Assembly (NCBI GenBank): GCA_040509895.1
Contig: JBEVKC010000142.1
Location: forward strand, 1-46,295
DNA from: Novosphingobium sp.
Lineage (GTDB): Bacteria > Pseudomonadota > Alphaproteobacteria > Sphingomonadales > Sphingomonadaceae
DNA length: 46,295 nucleotides
Direction: 5' to 3'
The translations under genes were made by a program, and so were the position numbers. Position 1 is the first letter of the stretch. Every line of letters begins with the position of its first letter. The notes below the pieces were generated by a model. It worked only from the letters and a program-made list of their open reading frames with translations. It searched no databases and was not told where the DNA came from. Positions 1 to 9,256 of this stretch are shown piece by piece.

Positions 1-52
1 ATACTGGCCTGCCCCCTTGCCCATCGCGTTGAAAACAAGCACGGTGCCGCCG

Positions 53-2905
53 ATGCGCCGCCTGCTGCTGTTCATCATCCCCGCCCTCGCCCTTTCAGCC
101 TGTGCCCCACAGGCAGAGCGTGTGGCCTCTGTCACAGCACCGCAGGAAAAGCCTGTCTGGGCCTTCCAGGCGAGCGACGTTCCGGTAGATCCCGGTTTCC
201 GCTTCGGGCAGCTCGACAACGGCATGCGTTTTGCCATTCGCCAGAACGCTACCCCCAAAGGAACTGCGCTGGTCCGGATGGAGGTTGCCGCCGGATCGCT
301 TGACGAAACCGACAGCGAGCGCGGCTTCGCCCATTTCGTCGAACATATGGCCTTCAACGGAAGCACCCGCGTGCCCGAAGGCGAAATGATCCGCCTGCTG
401 GAACGCAGCGGGCTGGCCTTTGGCGCCGATACCAACGCCCAGACCAGCTTTGACCGCACCACCTACATGCTGGACCTGCCCCGCAACGATCAAAAGCTGC
501 TCGACACAGCCCTGATGCTGATGCGCGAAACGGCGAGCGAGCTGACCATCTCGCAGGAAGCCGTGGACCGGGAACGCGGTGTGATCCTTTCGGAAATGCG
601 CGACCGCAATTCGTGGATGCTGCGCAATCTTGAAGACCAGATCAACTTCGTAAATCCCGGCTCGCTCTATTCGCGCCGCCTGCCGATTGGCACGGTCGAA
701 ACCCTGAATTCCGCCTCGTCTGAAAACCTGCGTGCATTCTGGCGGCGAGAGTACGTTCCCAGCCAAGCAACTATCATCGTGGTCGGCGACTTCCCGCCCG
801 ACACGGTGGAATTTGCCATTCGGTCACACTTCGACACCTGGACCCCCACCCCGGCAGATCCACAGCCGGATGCCGGGCCCGTCCTTCCCGGCGACGGCGG
901 CCGCACGGGTATCCACATCGACCCAGCCCTCTCGGAACGCATCACGGCCTCTCGCAACGGGGTATGGCTGGAAGAGCCGGATACCATTGCCCAGCGCCGG
1001 GAGAACCTGTTGCGCCAGGTTGGCTATGGCATCGTCAACCGCCGTCTGCAGCGCTCTGCCCGGCAGGCCGATCCGCCGTTTCGTGGCGCGGGTTTCGGCA
1101 CCGGGGCAGTGTTCAAGTCGGGCCGGACGACAAACCTTGTGGTCGATACGGTCGACGGGAAATGGGCACGCGGCTTGGCCAACGCCGCGGAGGAATACCG
1201 CCGCGCCCTCGCCTACGGTTTTTCCGAAGCTGAAGTGGCCGAACAGGTCGCCAATATCCGCACTGCCTCGGAAAACGCCGCCGCCTCTGCCGACACGCGC
1301 AGCAACGGGACGCTGACGGGTGCAGTATTTTCCCTGCTACGGGATGATCTGGTACCCTCAACGCCGCAAAGCTCACTTGAGCGGCTTGAAGCCTTCATTC
1401 CCAAGATCACACCTAAAAGCGTGCTGGCCGCTTTGAAGCGCGAGGCGGTGCCGCTTGATGATCCGCTGATCCGCTTCCAGGGGCGCAAGCTGCCCGAAGG
1501 CGGCGAGCAGGCCATTCGCGCTGCTTGGAACAGCGCCATGCAGACGAAAGTGGCGCGTGGCGAAGGCAGCGAGCAAGCAGCCTTTGGTTACACAGACTTT
1601 GGCCCACCCGGCACAGTCACCAGCGACACGCGGGAAGCTGCGCTAGGCATTCGTGAGGTACGCTTCGCCAACGGCGTTCGGTTAAACATCAAGCGCACCG
1701 ATATCCAGCGGGACCGCGTACAGGTGCAAGTCAGTGTCGATGGCGGCTCCTTGCTGAACACGCGCGAAAATCCGACTGCGACCGAAATGACAGGGTTCCT
1801 TGCGGCCGGCGGCCTGGGCAAGCACAGCCAGGACGACCTCCAGTCCATTCTGGCTGGGCGCACCGTCAGCACCGAGTTGTCCAGCACAGCCCAGACCTTT
1901 GTGTCCGTGGTTGAAACGACGCCGCGCGATCTTGAATTGCAGCTTCAAGTGCTGGCCGCCCTGATCAGCGACCCCGGTTATCGCAAGGAAGGCGAGGTCC
2001 GCTATCGCCTGAACATCAACAATTTCTTCGCCCAGATGCGCGCTACCCCCGGGTCGGCGCTGGGCAACTCCATTGGTGGCATCCTGTCTGACAACGATGC
2101 ACGGTTTACCCTTCAGGATGTGGAAACCTATCGCAAACTGACCTTCGAGCGGCTCAAAACCGACATCTCGGATCGCCTTTCCCACGGCGCGATTGAGATC
2201 GGCCTCGTCGGCGACGTGGATGAGGAACAGGCGATTGCCCTTGTCGCCAAGACATTCGGAGCCCTGCCATCGCGTGAGCCCGACTTTGGCACATACGAAG
2301 AGCAGCGCCAGCGCGGCTTCACGGCGGATCGCAGCCCACGGATAATCCGCCATACCGGCCCCGCCGACCAGGCCCTGCTCCGCTATGTGTGGCCGACGCG
2401 AGACGACAGCGATCCGGAGGCCACGATCGCGCTCGACCTGCTGGAGCGCATTGTCCAGATCGAGCTTACCGAAACGCTGCGGGAAAAGCTTGGCAAGGCT
2501 TACTCGCCCTCGGCCAACAGCGCTCTGTCATCGACCTGGCGCGATTACGGCACTTTCTCGTTGACCGCGTCGGTCGATGTGCACGATGTTCCTGAAACGC
2601 GGACTGCGATTGCCGAGACCATTGCCAACCTCCGCGACGTGCCGGTCAGCGACGACATCCTGCAACGCGCCCGCCAGCCGTTGCTTGAAGCGCACGAAAA
2701 CGCGCTGAAATCGAACCGGATGTGGCTGGCGCTGGTGGATCGCGCGCAAACAGAGGCTGACCGTATCGATCGCTTCCAGCAGTTTTCAGGAAGACTGCAG
2801 GCAATCACGGCACAGCAGATACAGGAACTGGCCCGCCGCTATCTGGGCGCGACCAGTTCCGTGGAGATATTGGTCCTGCCAGAAGGGGTGGACGTTCCCG
2901 AATAA
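53..2905 (+). CDS. M16 family (insulinase/PqqL-like) zinc peptidase, probable lipoprotein
   Basis: Inverted zinc motif HFVEH (HxxEH), NAQTSFDRT motif and a two-half M16 architecture. N-terminal lipobox LSAC. ATG at 53 preferred over the upstream TTG at 17. Confidence 0.9.
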   Translation: MRRLLLFIIPALALSACAPQAERVASVTAPQEKPVWAFQASDVPVDPGFRFGQLDNGMRFAIRQNATPKGTALVRMEVAAGSLDETDSERGFAHFVEHMAFNGSTRVPEGEMIRLLERSGLAFGADTNAQTSFDRTTYMLDLPRNDQKLLDTALMLMRETASELTISQEAVDRERGVILSEMRDRNSWMLRNLEDQINFVNPGSLYSRRLPIGTVETLNSASSENLRAFWRREYVPSQATIIVVGDFPPDTVEFAIRSHFDTWTPTPADPQPDAGPVLPGDGGRTGIHIDPALSERITASRNGVWLEEPDTIAQRRENLLRQVGYGIVNRRLQRSARQADPPFRGAGFGTGAVFKSGRTTNLVVDTVDGKWARGLANAAEEYRRALAYGFSEAEVAEQVANIRTASENAAASADTRSNGTLTGAVFSLLRDDLVPSTPQSSLERLEAFIPKITPKSVLAALKREAVPLDDPLIRFQGRKLPEGGEQAIRAAWNSAMQTKVARGEGSEQAAFGYTDFGPPGTVTSDTREAALGIREVRFANGVRLNIKRTDIQRDRVQVQVSVDGGSLLNTRENPTATEMTGFLAAGGLGKHSQDDLQSILAGRTVSTELSSTAQTFVSVVETTPRDLELQLQVLAALISDPGYRKEGEVRYRLNINNFFAQMRATPGSALGNSIGGILSDNDARFTLQDVETYRKLTFERLKTDISDRLSHGAIEIGLVGDVDEEQAIALVAKTFGALPSREPDFGTYEEQRQRGFTADRSPRIIRHTGPADQALLRYVWPTRDDSDPEATIALDLLERIVQIELTETLREKLGKAYSPSANSALSSTWRDYGTFSLTASVDVHDVPETRTAIAETIANLRDVPVSDDILQRARQPLLEAHENALKSNRMWLALVDRAQTEADRIDRFQQFSGRLQAITAQQIQELARRYLGATSSVEILVLPEGVDVPE

Positions 2906-2908
2906 CCC

Positions 2909-4066
2909 TCAAGCAGGCTTGCCGCGCTTTTCCTCCCAAGCGGCGAAAGCGGCGTTGACGCCCTTCTCGCGTTCGGATTCCAGCCGGTCAATCTCTTGCG
3001 ACAGCCTGCCATAGCTGTCCTGACGGTTCCGGTTGGTCCCGGCGAAATGCGGCATGACAAAGCGGGCATAGAGTTCGTAGCTTTTCTTCGTTTCCTCCCA
3101 ATCCGCCCAGTTGTGCGACTGGAAGAGGATCACGCCGAATTCGCCCTGCTTGGCCTGCAGCCGCTCGATCATCGCAATCGCATCGTCCGGCGTGCCGATG
3201 ACTGCGCGGCCGGAGTTCACCAGCAGGTCGGCGGGATCGCCCATGCCTGTCAGCCCGCGCATGCCGGCGGGCGCCACCCGGTCGAAATATTCGCACCAGC
3301 GCCCAAGTCCCTCAGCCACGTCGGCGCGCGCCTGTTCGCGCGTCTTGGCTATATGCATGGGCACGACCAGCCGTAGCTGGCGAGGGTCCATCCTAACGCC
3401 ATTCTCAGCCGCTACCTGATTGGCGATCTTCCAGTTCTCGTCCAGCACGTCGAAGCCAGCTGACTCCGTCGCCGCCACACACAGCATCCCGAAACCGTAT
3501 TTGCCCGCCAGCATGCCGCCAGACGGTGTCACTGCGCTCGCCACGGCAAGCTGGGGGTGCGGCAGGGTGTAGGGCCGCAGATGGGTGCGCGCCTTGTTGA
3601 GCTTGTACCATGAGGTTTCGTGCGTCACCTCCTCGCCCTTCAGCAGCGGCACGATGATTGCAGCCACCTGTTCCAGCATCGATCGCAGTGACTTGATGTC
3701 AGCACCGATCATGTCGGCATCAGTCGGCAGCAGCCCCGGCCCCATGCCGAACATCACCCGGCCCATCGTCATGTGGTCAAGCTGGAGGATGCGGTTCGCG
3801 ACCATCAAGGGGTTGTGATAGGGCATGGAAACCACGCCGGTGCCAAGCCGGATGCGGTTGGTCCGCTCTGCCGCGGCGGCGATCATCAGTTCGGGCGAGT
3901 TGATGATTTCCCAGCCGGTCGAATGATGCTCTCCGAACCAAGCCTCGGCAAAGCCCAGCTTCTCGACCCATTCGACAAGCTCAAGGTCGCGGCGCAGCCC
4001 GATCGTCGGGCTCTCGGTGACGTCGTGATAGGGGGCGATGAAAAGCCCGTGTTCTAGCGCCGGCAT
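2909..4066 (-). CDS. LLM-class flavin-dependent monooxygenase (limonene 1,2-monooxygenase LimB-like subfamily)
   Basis: GFAEAWFGEHH, RIRLGTGV and GMGPGLLPTD motifs, C-terminal SYELYARFVMPHF. Start taken at MPALEHG (ATG 4066). Confidence 0.85.
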   Translation of the reverse strand: MPALEHGLFIAPYHDVTESPTIGLRRDLELVEWVEKLGFAEAWFGEHHSTGWEIINSPELMIAAAAERTNRIRLGTGVVSMPYHNPLMVANRILQLDHMTMGRVMFGMGPGLLPTDADMIGADIKSLRSMLEQVAAIIVPLLKGEEVTHETSWYKLNKARTHLRPYTLPHPQLAVASAVTPSGGMLAGKYGFGMLCVAATESAGFDVLDENWKIANQVAAENGVRMDPRQLRLVVPMHIAKTREQARADVAEGLGRWCEYFDRVAPAGMRGLTGMGDPADLLVNSGRAVIGTPDDAIAMIERLQAKQGEFGVILFQSHNWADWEETKKSYELYARFVMPHFAGTNRNRQDSYGRLSQEIDRLESEREKGVNAAFAAWEEKRGKPA

Positions 4067-4112
4067 TGGGAACCTTTCTGCATCTCTCTTGCTGCTGTTT
4101 ACCGGCACGCGC

Positions 4113-4125
4113 TTGGTTCAACCAA
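4113..4125. promoter_or_regulatory. Palindromic operator TTGGTT-C-AACCAA, FadR/GntR-subfamily-like
   Basis: Perfect 6-bp inverted repeat about 47 nt upstream of the LLM start. Fits the TGGT-N3-ACCA core of PdhR/LldR/FadR-type operators. Confidence 0.45.
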
Positions 4126-4276
4126 CTGGAAAAACGGAGGTTTTCTAAAACAGCCGTCATAAACGCAACGAAATCAATCTCCGGCGTTCCCGGGCCTTCG
4201 CATCAAGGCAACATGGGTTTCCGTCCCAGGCACCCGGCGGGTTGCATCCAGCCCCCCGGTGCCCGATGCCCCTGTC

Positions 4277-4536
4277 ATGGCCATCGACCACGAGGCCCGC
4301 CGCCCGCAGATTGCCGCTAACGCCATCGGCGTCATCGCGCGGGAGGACCTGGGTGCAGCAACGATCAGGCGCATCGCGTCCGAGGCCCGCTTCAGCACGG
4401 CCACTCAATCGTGCAGGGTATTCCCATGCAGGCCATCGTCGCGCCGCAGGATTGGCCCGAGGAGACGATCCGCGCGATGCTTGATGGCGGTATGACGGCA
4501 GCCATGGCATTGGTCGCACGACGGCCCACAGACTGA
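4277..4536 (+). pseudogene. Internally deleted, frameshifted TetR-family regulator remnant
   Basis: One frame gives a TetR HTH start (MAIDHEARRPQIAANAIGVIAREDLGAATIRRIASEARFST) that breaks near 4404. A different frame from 4405 gives a BetI/TetR-like C-terminus (SIVQGIPMQAIVAPQDWPEETIRAMLD...PTD*). The middle of the protein is missing. Confidence 0.75.
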
Positions 4537-4540
4537 CCCC

Positions 4541-5314
4541 TCACTGGGTCGTGAAGCCTCCATCTACTGCCAGACATGCACCCGTGATGAAAGATGCCGC
4601 ATCGGACAGCAGGAAAGCGGCTGCCTCTGCCACTTCCTCAGGCTGGCCTATGCGTCCGATCGGATGGCTTGCCTCAATCACCTTGCGGAGCGGATCATTG
4701 CCGACCAGCGCGCCCATCAGCATTGGCGTGGCAATCCCTCCGGGCAGCACGGCGTTCACCCGGATGCCCCTGGCACTGTAATCCACCGCAGCCGAACGCG
4801 TGATACCGACAACGCCGTGCTTGGACGCCGTGTAGTCCGCCGAAGTGACAGTCGCTATCGTGCCTGAAGTGGAAGACGTGTTGACGATCGCCCCACCCCC
4901 GTATCCCAGCATGTGGGCGATCTCATACTTCATGCAGAGGAATGTTCCGGTCAGGTTGGTTGCGACATTGCGCTGCCATTGGTCCAGCGAGGTATCAGCA
5001 ATGGCGGTGTGCCCGGTGTCGATGCCCGCATTGTTGAAGGCACCGTGCAGTCCCCCGAAAGTCGAGACAGCAAAGCCAACCATGGCCTCCACGTCGCCCT
5101 CGCGCCCGATATCCGCACGGACGAAAGCAGCCCTGCCTCCACCTGCAGTAATCTCTCGCAGCAGCGCCTCACCCGCCGCTGCATCGAGGTCGGCAATGAC
5201 GACACTGGCCCCGCGCGCCGCGCAAAGCCGTGCCGTGGCACTTCCAATTCCGCCTGTACCGCCGGTGATGAGGATCACGCGCCCTTCAAGGCTGATCTTG
5301 TCAAAGCCCGTCAT
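4541..5314 (-). CDS. Short-chain dehydrogenase/reductase (classical SDR)
   Basis: TGGTGGIG, NNAG, catalytic YTASK and C-terminal VDGG. Start overlaps the upstream stop (ATGA). Confidence 0.92.
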   Translation of the reverse strand: MTGFDKISLEGRVILITGGTGGIGSATARLCAARGASVVIADLDAAAGEALLREITAGGGRAAFVRADIGREGDVEAMVGFAVSTFGGLHGAFNNAGIDTGHTAIADTSLDQWQRNVATNLTGTFLCMKYEIAHMLGYGGGAIVNTSSTSGTIATVTSADYTASKHGVVGITRSAAVDYSARGIRVNAVLPGGIATPMLMGALVGNDPLRKVIEASHPIGRIGQPEEVAEAAAFLLSDAASFITGACLAVDGGFTTQ

Positions 5315-6234
5315 GCAAGCCCCAGCCCTTTCGCAGCTTCTTCCAGTGCGGCAAAGGCGCTGTCGTCCTCAAGGTCATTAAGCCCCACAAGGATGCGCCC
5401 CACGCCCGCCTCTTGATATTCCGCCAGCAGTTCCAGCGCGTTCACCGGCTTGAGGTCAGCATATGCTTCCGCACCCCACGAAGGCAGCGCACCAACGCCA
5501 AAGCTGATTGCGGGCACGATCAGCGATATGTCGAGCGCCGCGAAATCCCGCCCCTCCTCCTCACAGAACTCACGCAGGAGGCCGAGTTGTTTCTTCATTT
5601 GCGCGGGCGAGAGGAACGACGGCAGCCAGCCGTCCGCGTTGCGCGCGACGCGGCGCAGGATCGCCGTGTTGTCGGTCTTGTCATTGCCCGATCCGACCAG
5701 CACCGGAACGTGCGGCTTCTGCAGCGGCTTGGGATTGCAATAGATCGGCGGGAATGCGACATACTCGCCGGAGTAGCTTGCTTCCTCCTCAGTCCACAGC
5801 ACCTTCAGCGCGCGGACAAAGTCCAGCGTCCGGCCCAGCCGCTTGTCGAAACGATAGCCGAAGACCTTGGCCTCTTCCTCAATCCAGCCGGTGCCATAGG
5901 CAAAGCTGACGCGCCCGCCGGAAATCCGGTCAAGCGTTGCCACTTCCTTTGCCAGCAGGACCGGATCGCGCTGTGGCACGATACAGATATTGGTGCCCAA
6001 CCTGATCTTGCTGGTGACGGCAGCCGCGGCTGCGAGTGACACGAACAACGCCGGCATATGGCGATAGTTCGGCGGCAACGGCACCCCGTATCGAACGGCC
6101 TCGGCTGCGGCGACCGGGATGATGGGGTGCTCGCCCATCCACATGGATTCGAAGCCACATGCCTCGATTGCCCGGGCGATCTCGGTAATCGATGGACCGA
6201 ACCAGGTGTAGTTCGTTGTGATGCCCAGCTTCAT
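5311..6234 (-). CDS. LLM-class oxidoreductase, probable F420-dependent (Rv2161c-like) subfamily
   Basis: GFESMWMGEH, AAVTSKIRLGTNI, LLAKEVATLDRISGGR, GTGWIEEE and PKPLQKPH motifs, all typical of this LLM subfamily. Confidence 0.82.
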   Translation of the reverse strand: MKLGITTNYTWFGPSITEIARAIEACGFESMWMGEHPIIPVAAAEAVRYGVPLPPNYRHMPALFVSLAAAAAVTSKIRLGTNICIVPQRDPVLLAKEVATLDRISGGRVSFAYGTGWIEEEAKVFGYRFDKRLGRTLDFVRALKVLWTEEEASYSGEYVAFPPIYCNPKPLQKPHVPVLVGSGNDKTDNTAILRRVARNADGWLPSFLSPAQMKKQLGLLREFCEEEGRDFAALDISLIVPAISFGVGALPSWGAEAYADLKPVNALELLAEYQEAGVGRILVGLNDLEDDSAFAALEEAAKGLGLA

Positions 6235-6366
6235 GGCTCATCCCTCCCGCCGCAGTTGCTGCGGTCACGGCAAGGGGTGGAACACGGCGCTGGGCAGCGA
6301 GCAAGTCCATGCGGGCATCATTGCCAGCGTGGGCAGATTGCATTGCTTCTCCCTCTCGCGGAGGGA

Positions 6367-7182
6367 TTACTTCTTTGTGCCCGCCGAGTTCGACATACTT
6401 CCGGTGCTACCCTGCATCAGGAAGCGGGATGTCCAGCCGCCGTCGACTTTCAAGTTGTCGCCCGTCACATAGCTGGCGAGGTCGGAAACCAGGAACACCA
6501 GCGCCTTGGCCAATTCATCCGGCGTGGCGGGGCGGCCCAACGGCAGCATCTCCTTCATTTTCGCCAGACCCTCCTCGCCAAAATCGAGGCGCGGGGTTGC
6601 GCAGGAACCGGGCATGGCCGCATTCACGCGAATGCCGTGCGGTCCCCACTCGTTTGCCATGGTCCGGACGAGGTTGATCATGCCCGCCTTGGCCGCGCCA
6701 TAGCCGCCGTGGTTGGGCGCGGCAGTCAGCCCGCTGACCGAGCTGACACAGGCAATCGCGCCAGGCTTGCCATTACGGATCAGCGAGCGCGCCACGGCCC
6801 GCGCCGGGATGAAGAAAGAGGTGAGGTTCAACCGGTGCGCGTCCTCCCACTGCTCAAGCGTGAAGTCGAGCAACTGGCCCCACACACCAAGGCCGATAAC
6901 CGTGATCATCACGTCGACCGGGCCAAGTGCGGCTTCGGCAGCAGCAAGTGCGGCTTCGGTGCTCGGCTCATCAGTAACGTCCGCCACCAGCGCCACCGCC
7001 TTGCCGCCGCTGGCGTTAATCTGCGCGGCAACACTCTCGGCGCGTTCCTGTACGAGGTCCACGACGGCGACATGGGCGCCAGCCTCGGCCAAGCGGATCG
7101 AGCTTCGCTCGCCCATACCGAAACCGCCTCCCCAGACGATACCAACCTTGCCCGTCAGCCCCAGCATATCCGTGCTGCTCAT
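6367..7182 (-). CDS. Short-chain dehydrogenase/reductase
   Basis: WGGGFGMG Rossmann motif, YGAAK, GIRVNA, VDGG. ATG 7182 has a GAGGAGG RBS. Confidence 0.9.
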   Translation of the reverse strand: MSSTDMLGLTGKVGIVWGGGFGMGERSSIRLAEAGAHVAVVDLVQERAESVAAQINASGGKAVALVADVTDEPSTEAALAAAEAALGPVDVMITVIGLGVWGQLLDFTLEQWEDAHRLNLTSFFIPARAVARSLIRNGKPGAIACVSSVSGLTAAPNHGGYGAAKAGMINLVRTMANEWGPHGIRVNAAMPGSCATPRLDFGEEGLAKMKEMLPLGRPATPDELAKALVFLVSDLASYVTGDNLKVDGGWTSRFLMQGSTGSMSNSAGTKK

Positions 7183-7193
7183 CTCCGGCCTCC

Positions 7194-8069
7194 TCAGGGT
7201 GCGTGGTTCGGGCGGCTCTGGCGGCCGGTCTTTTCCGCCCATTCTTCGATCAGGCCGTCATACAGCGGGTGGTCGATCAGTTCATACTTCTCCGGGAAAT
7301 TCCAGTTGCCTGAGGTGATCTGGCCCGTCTCCTTCAGCTCCCGCATCATTTTCAGGTGGTTCGCGGAGGCCGTCACCCAACCGCCGGTCGCCATGTTGAA
7401 GGCCGTGTCCGGGAGGCTGAAACCCATCGTCGCCACCGGAATCTTTGAGCCGAACGCCTTGACCAGTTCCGGAACCCAATCAGGCCGCGGCGGATAGAAC
7501 AGCGCGTCGGCACCTGCCTCCATATAGGCGTGGCCGCGCTTTACGGCTTCTTCCATGGAGCCGGTTCCGCCGCCTCCCATCTCGCTGGTATAGAGTTCAT
7601 CGCAGCGCGCGATGATGACGAAATCCTGTCCTGAATCGCGCTGCGCACGACGCGCCGCGTCGATGCGAGCCTGCTGGTCGTCAATCGACCAGAGGCCGTT
7701 CACGTGCTTTGAGTGCTTGGGGTTGCGCTCGTCCTCAACGTGGAAACCGGCGATGCCCTGTTGGATGTAGCGGCGCGTGAAGTGATAGGCATCGGCCACC
7801 GTCTCACCCAGCGTGTCGGCATCGGCTATCAGCGGGATGGAGATGGCATTGGCGATGCGGCTGGCCTGCTCGATCTGCTCGACCTGACTGTAAACGCCAT
7901 TGTCCGGCACCGCATAGTGAAAGGCGCTGCAGGCGTGGCCCCCAAGGTAAGCAGCTGGAAAGCCGACATATTCGCAGATGCGGCCCGTCATCGCCGAATA
8001 GGTGTCACCACAGACGAAGTGCTCGCCCTTGTCGATGAGCGCGCGAAGTTTTGCGCCAGGTGTGGGCAT
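7194..8069 (-). CDS. Isocitrate lyase/PEP mutase superfamily enzyme with atypical active site
   Basis: GFPAAYLGG, PDNG, PLIADADT, HVED, FVIIAR and AYMEAGADALF motifs. The gating loop reads KHSKH instead of KRCGH. GGGAGA RBS. Confidence 0.85.
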   Translation of the reverse strand: MPTPGAKLRALIDKGEHFVCGDTYSAMTGRICEYVGFPAAYLGGHACSAFHYAVPDNGVYSQVEQIEQASRIANAISIPLIADADTLGETVADAYHFTRRYIQQGIAGFHVEDERNPKHSKHVNGLWSIDDQQARIDAARRAQRDSGQDFVIIARCDELYTSEMGGGGTGSMEEAVKRGHAYMEAGADALFYPPRPDWVPELVKAFGSKIPVATMGFSLPDTAFNMATGGWVTASANHLKMMRELKETGQITSGNWNFPEKYELIDHPLYDGLIEEWAEKTGRQSRPNHAP

Positions 8070-8289
8070 TTTTGGTCTCTCCCTGGATGAATGACGCCTG
8101 GAGGCACAATCTTGAATGGCGCCAGCCTTGCACGGGCGGCGGAGCGAGGCAAGATTGCTCCTGCGATATCAGCGCCGCTTTGGAAGCACCGAAACCCTAC
8201 GTCGCGACTTGCCCCGGTGGGCCTGTCAGTCCATAGGCTGCCCATGATTCCCCCCGGGATGCCGGGCGCGCTATGAAGGCTAGGAAACC

Positions 8290-8526
8290 ATGAAAGTACG
8301 CGTTTTTGTCAGCCTCAAGAACGGGGTGCTCGATCCGCAGGGCCGGGCAATCCAGCACTCGCTCGAAGGCCTTGGTTTTGGCGGCGTCAAGGACGTGCGC
8401 GCCGGCCGGCTAATTGAACTGGAAGTGGATGAGACGGTCACTGACGCCGCGCTCGACGACATGTGCCGCAAGCTGCTGGCCAACATGGTGATCGAAAACT
8501 ACCGGATCGAACGGGTGGCGGCATGA
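8290..8526 (+). CDS. purS: FGAM synthase subunit PurS
   Basis: [18 protein letters not shown]...[10 protein letters not shown] signature. Confidence 0.97.
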   Translation: MKVRVFVSLKNGVLDPQGRAIQHSLEGLGFGGVKDVRAGRLIELEVDETVTDAALDDMCRKLLANMVIENYRIERVAA

Positions 8527-9203
8527 CAGCCTTTCGCTCCGCCGTCGTCACGTTCCCCGGTTCCAACTGCGACCGCGACATGGCGGTCGCGCTGGAGAAG
8601 ATTTCCGGCACGGCACCACACCGCATCTGGCACGGTGATGCCGACCTGCCCGATGGGCTGGACTTCATCGCCCTGCCCGGCGGTTTCTCCTATGGCGACT
8701 ACCTACGCTCCGGTGCGATGGCAGCGCGTTCGCCGATCATGCAGGCGGTTGTGGCCGCGGCCGATCGCGGCGTTCCCGTGCTCGGCGTGTGCAACGGCTT
8801 TCAGGTCCTGACTGAGTCCGGGCTCCTCCCGGGCGCCCTGATGCGCAACGCAGGAATCCGCTTCGTCTGCCGCGAAGTGACGCTAAAGGTTGAAAACTCA
8901 CAGTCGCTGTTCACCGCGGGATACTCTGCGGGGCAGCAGGTCGTGATCCCGGTGGCCCATCACGACGGCAACTTCTTTGCCGACGAGGCGACGCTTGACC
9001 GGCTTGAGGGCGATGGCCGCGTGGCCTTCCGCTATGCCGAGCCGGTGAATGGATCGGCGCGCGACATCGCTGGCGTGCTCAACAAGGCTGGCAATGTGCT
9101 GGGCATGATGCCGCACCCCGAACGCGCGATTGAATCTGCCCACGGCGGAACCGATGGCCGCGCACTGTTCGAAAGCGCCATCAAGGGGCTGGTCGGGGCC
9201 TGA
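8523..9203 (+). CDS. purQ: FGAM synthase glutaminase subunit PurQ
   Basis: [25 protein letters not shown] and GMMPHPER motifs. ATGA overlap with purS. Confidence 0.97.
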   Translation: MTAFRSAVVTFPGSNCDRDMAVALEKISGTAPHRIWHGDADLPDGLDFIALPGGFSYGDYLRSGAMAARSPIMQAVVAAADRGVPVLGVCNGFQVLTESGLLPGALMRNAGIRFVCREVTLKVENSQSLFTAGYSAGQQVVIPVAHHDGNFFADEATLDRLEGDGRVAFRYAEPVNGSARDIAGVLNKAGNVLGMMPHPERAIESAHGGTDGRALFESAIKGLVGA

Positions 9204-9256
9204 GGCTCCGACTTCCTCAATCCAGAAATCCGAGATCTGCGGAGCCTGAGTAGTTC

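Noticed and set aside
6350-6366. Hairpin TCCCTC-TCGCG-GAGGGA after the SDR stop
   Set aside because: Short stem with no U-tract on the coding strand. Not enough to call a terminator.
6058-7497. 479-aa plus-strand ORF
   Set aside because: Antisense shadow of the LLM/SDR/ICL genes with no motifs. Typical of high-GC codon bias.
8290-9203. purSQ without adjacent purC/purL as evidence of pathway loss
   Set aside because: pur genes are commonly dispersed in Alphaproteobacteria. Absence from one window says nothing.
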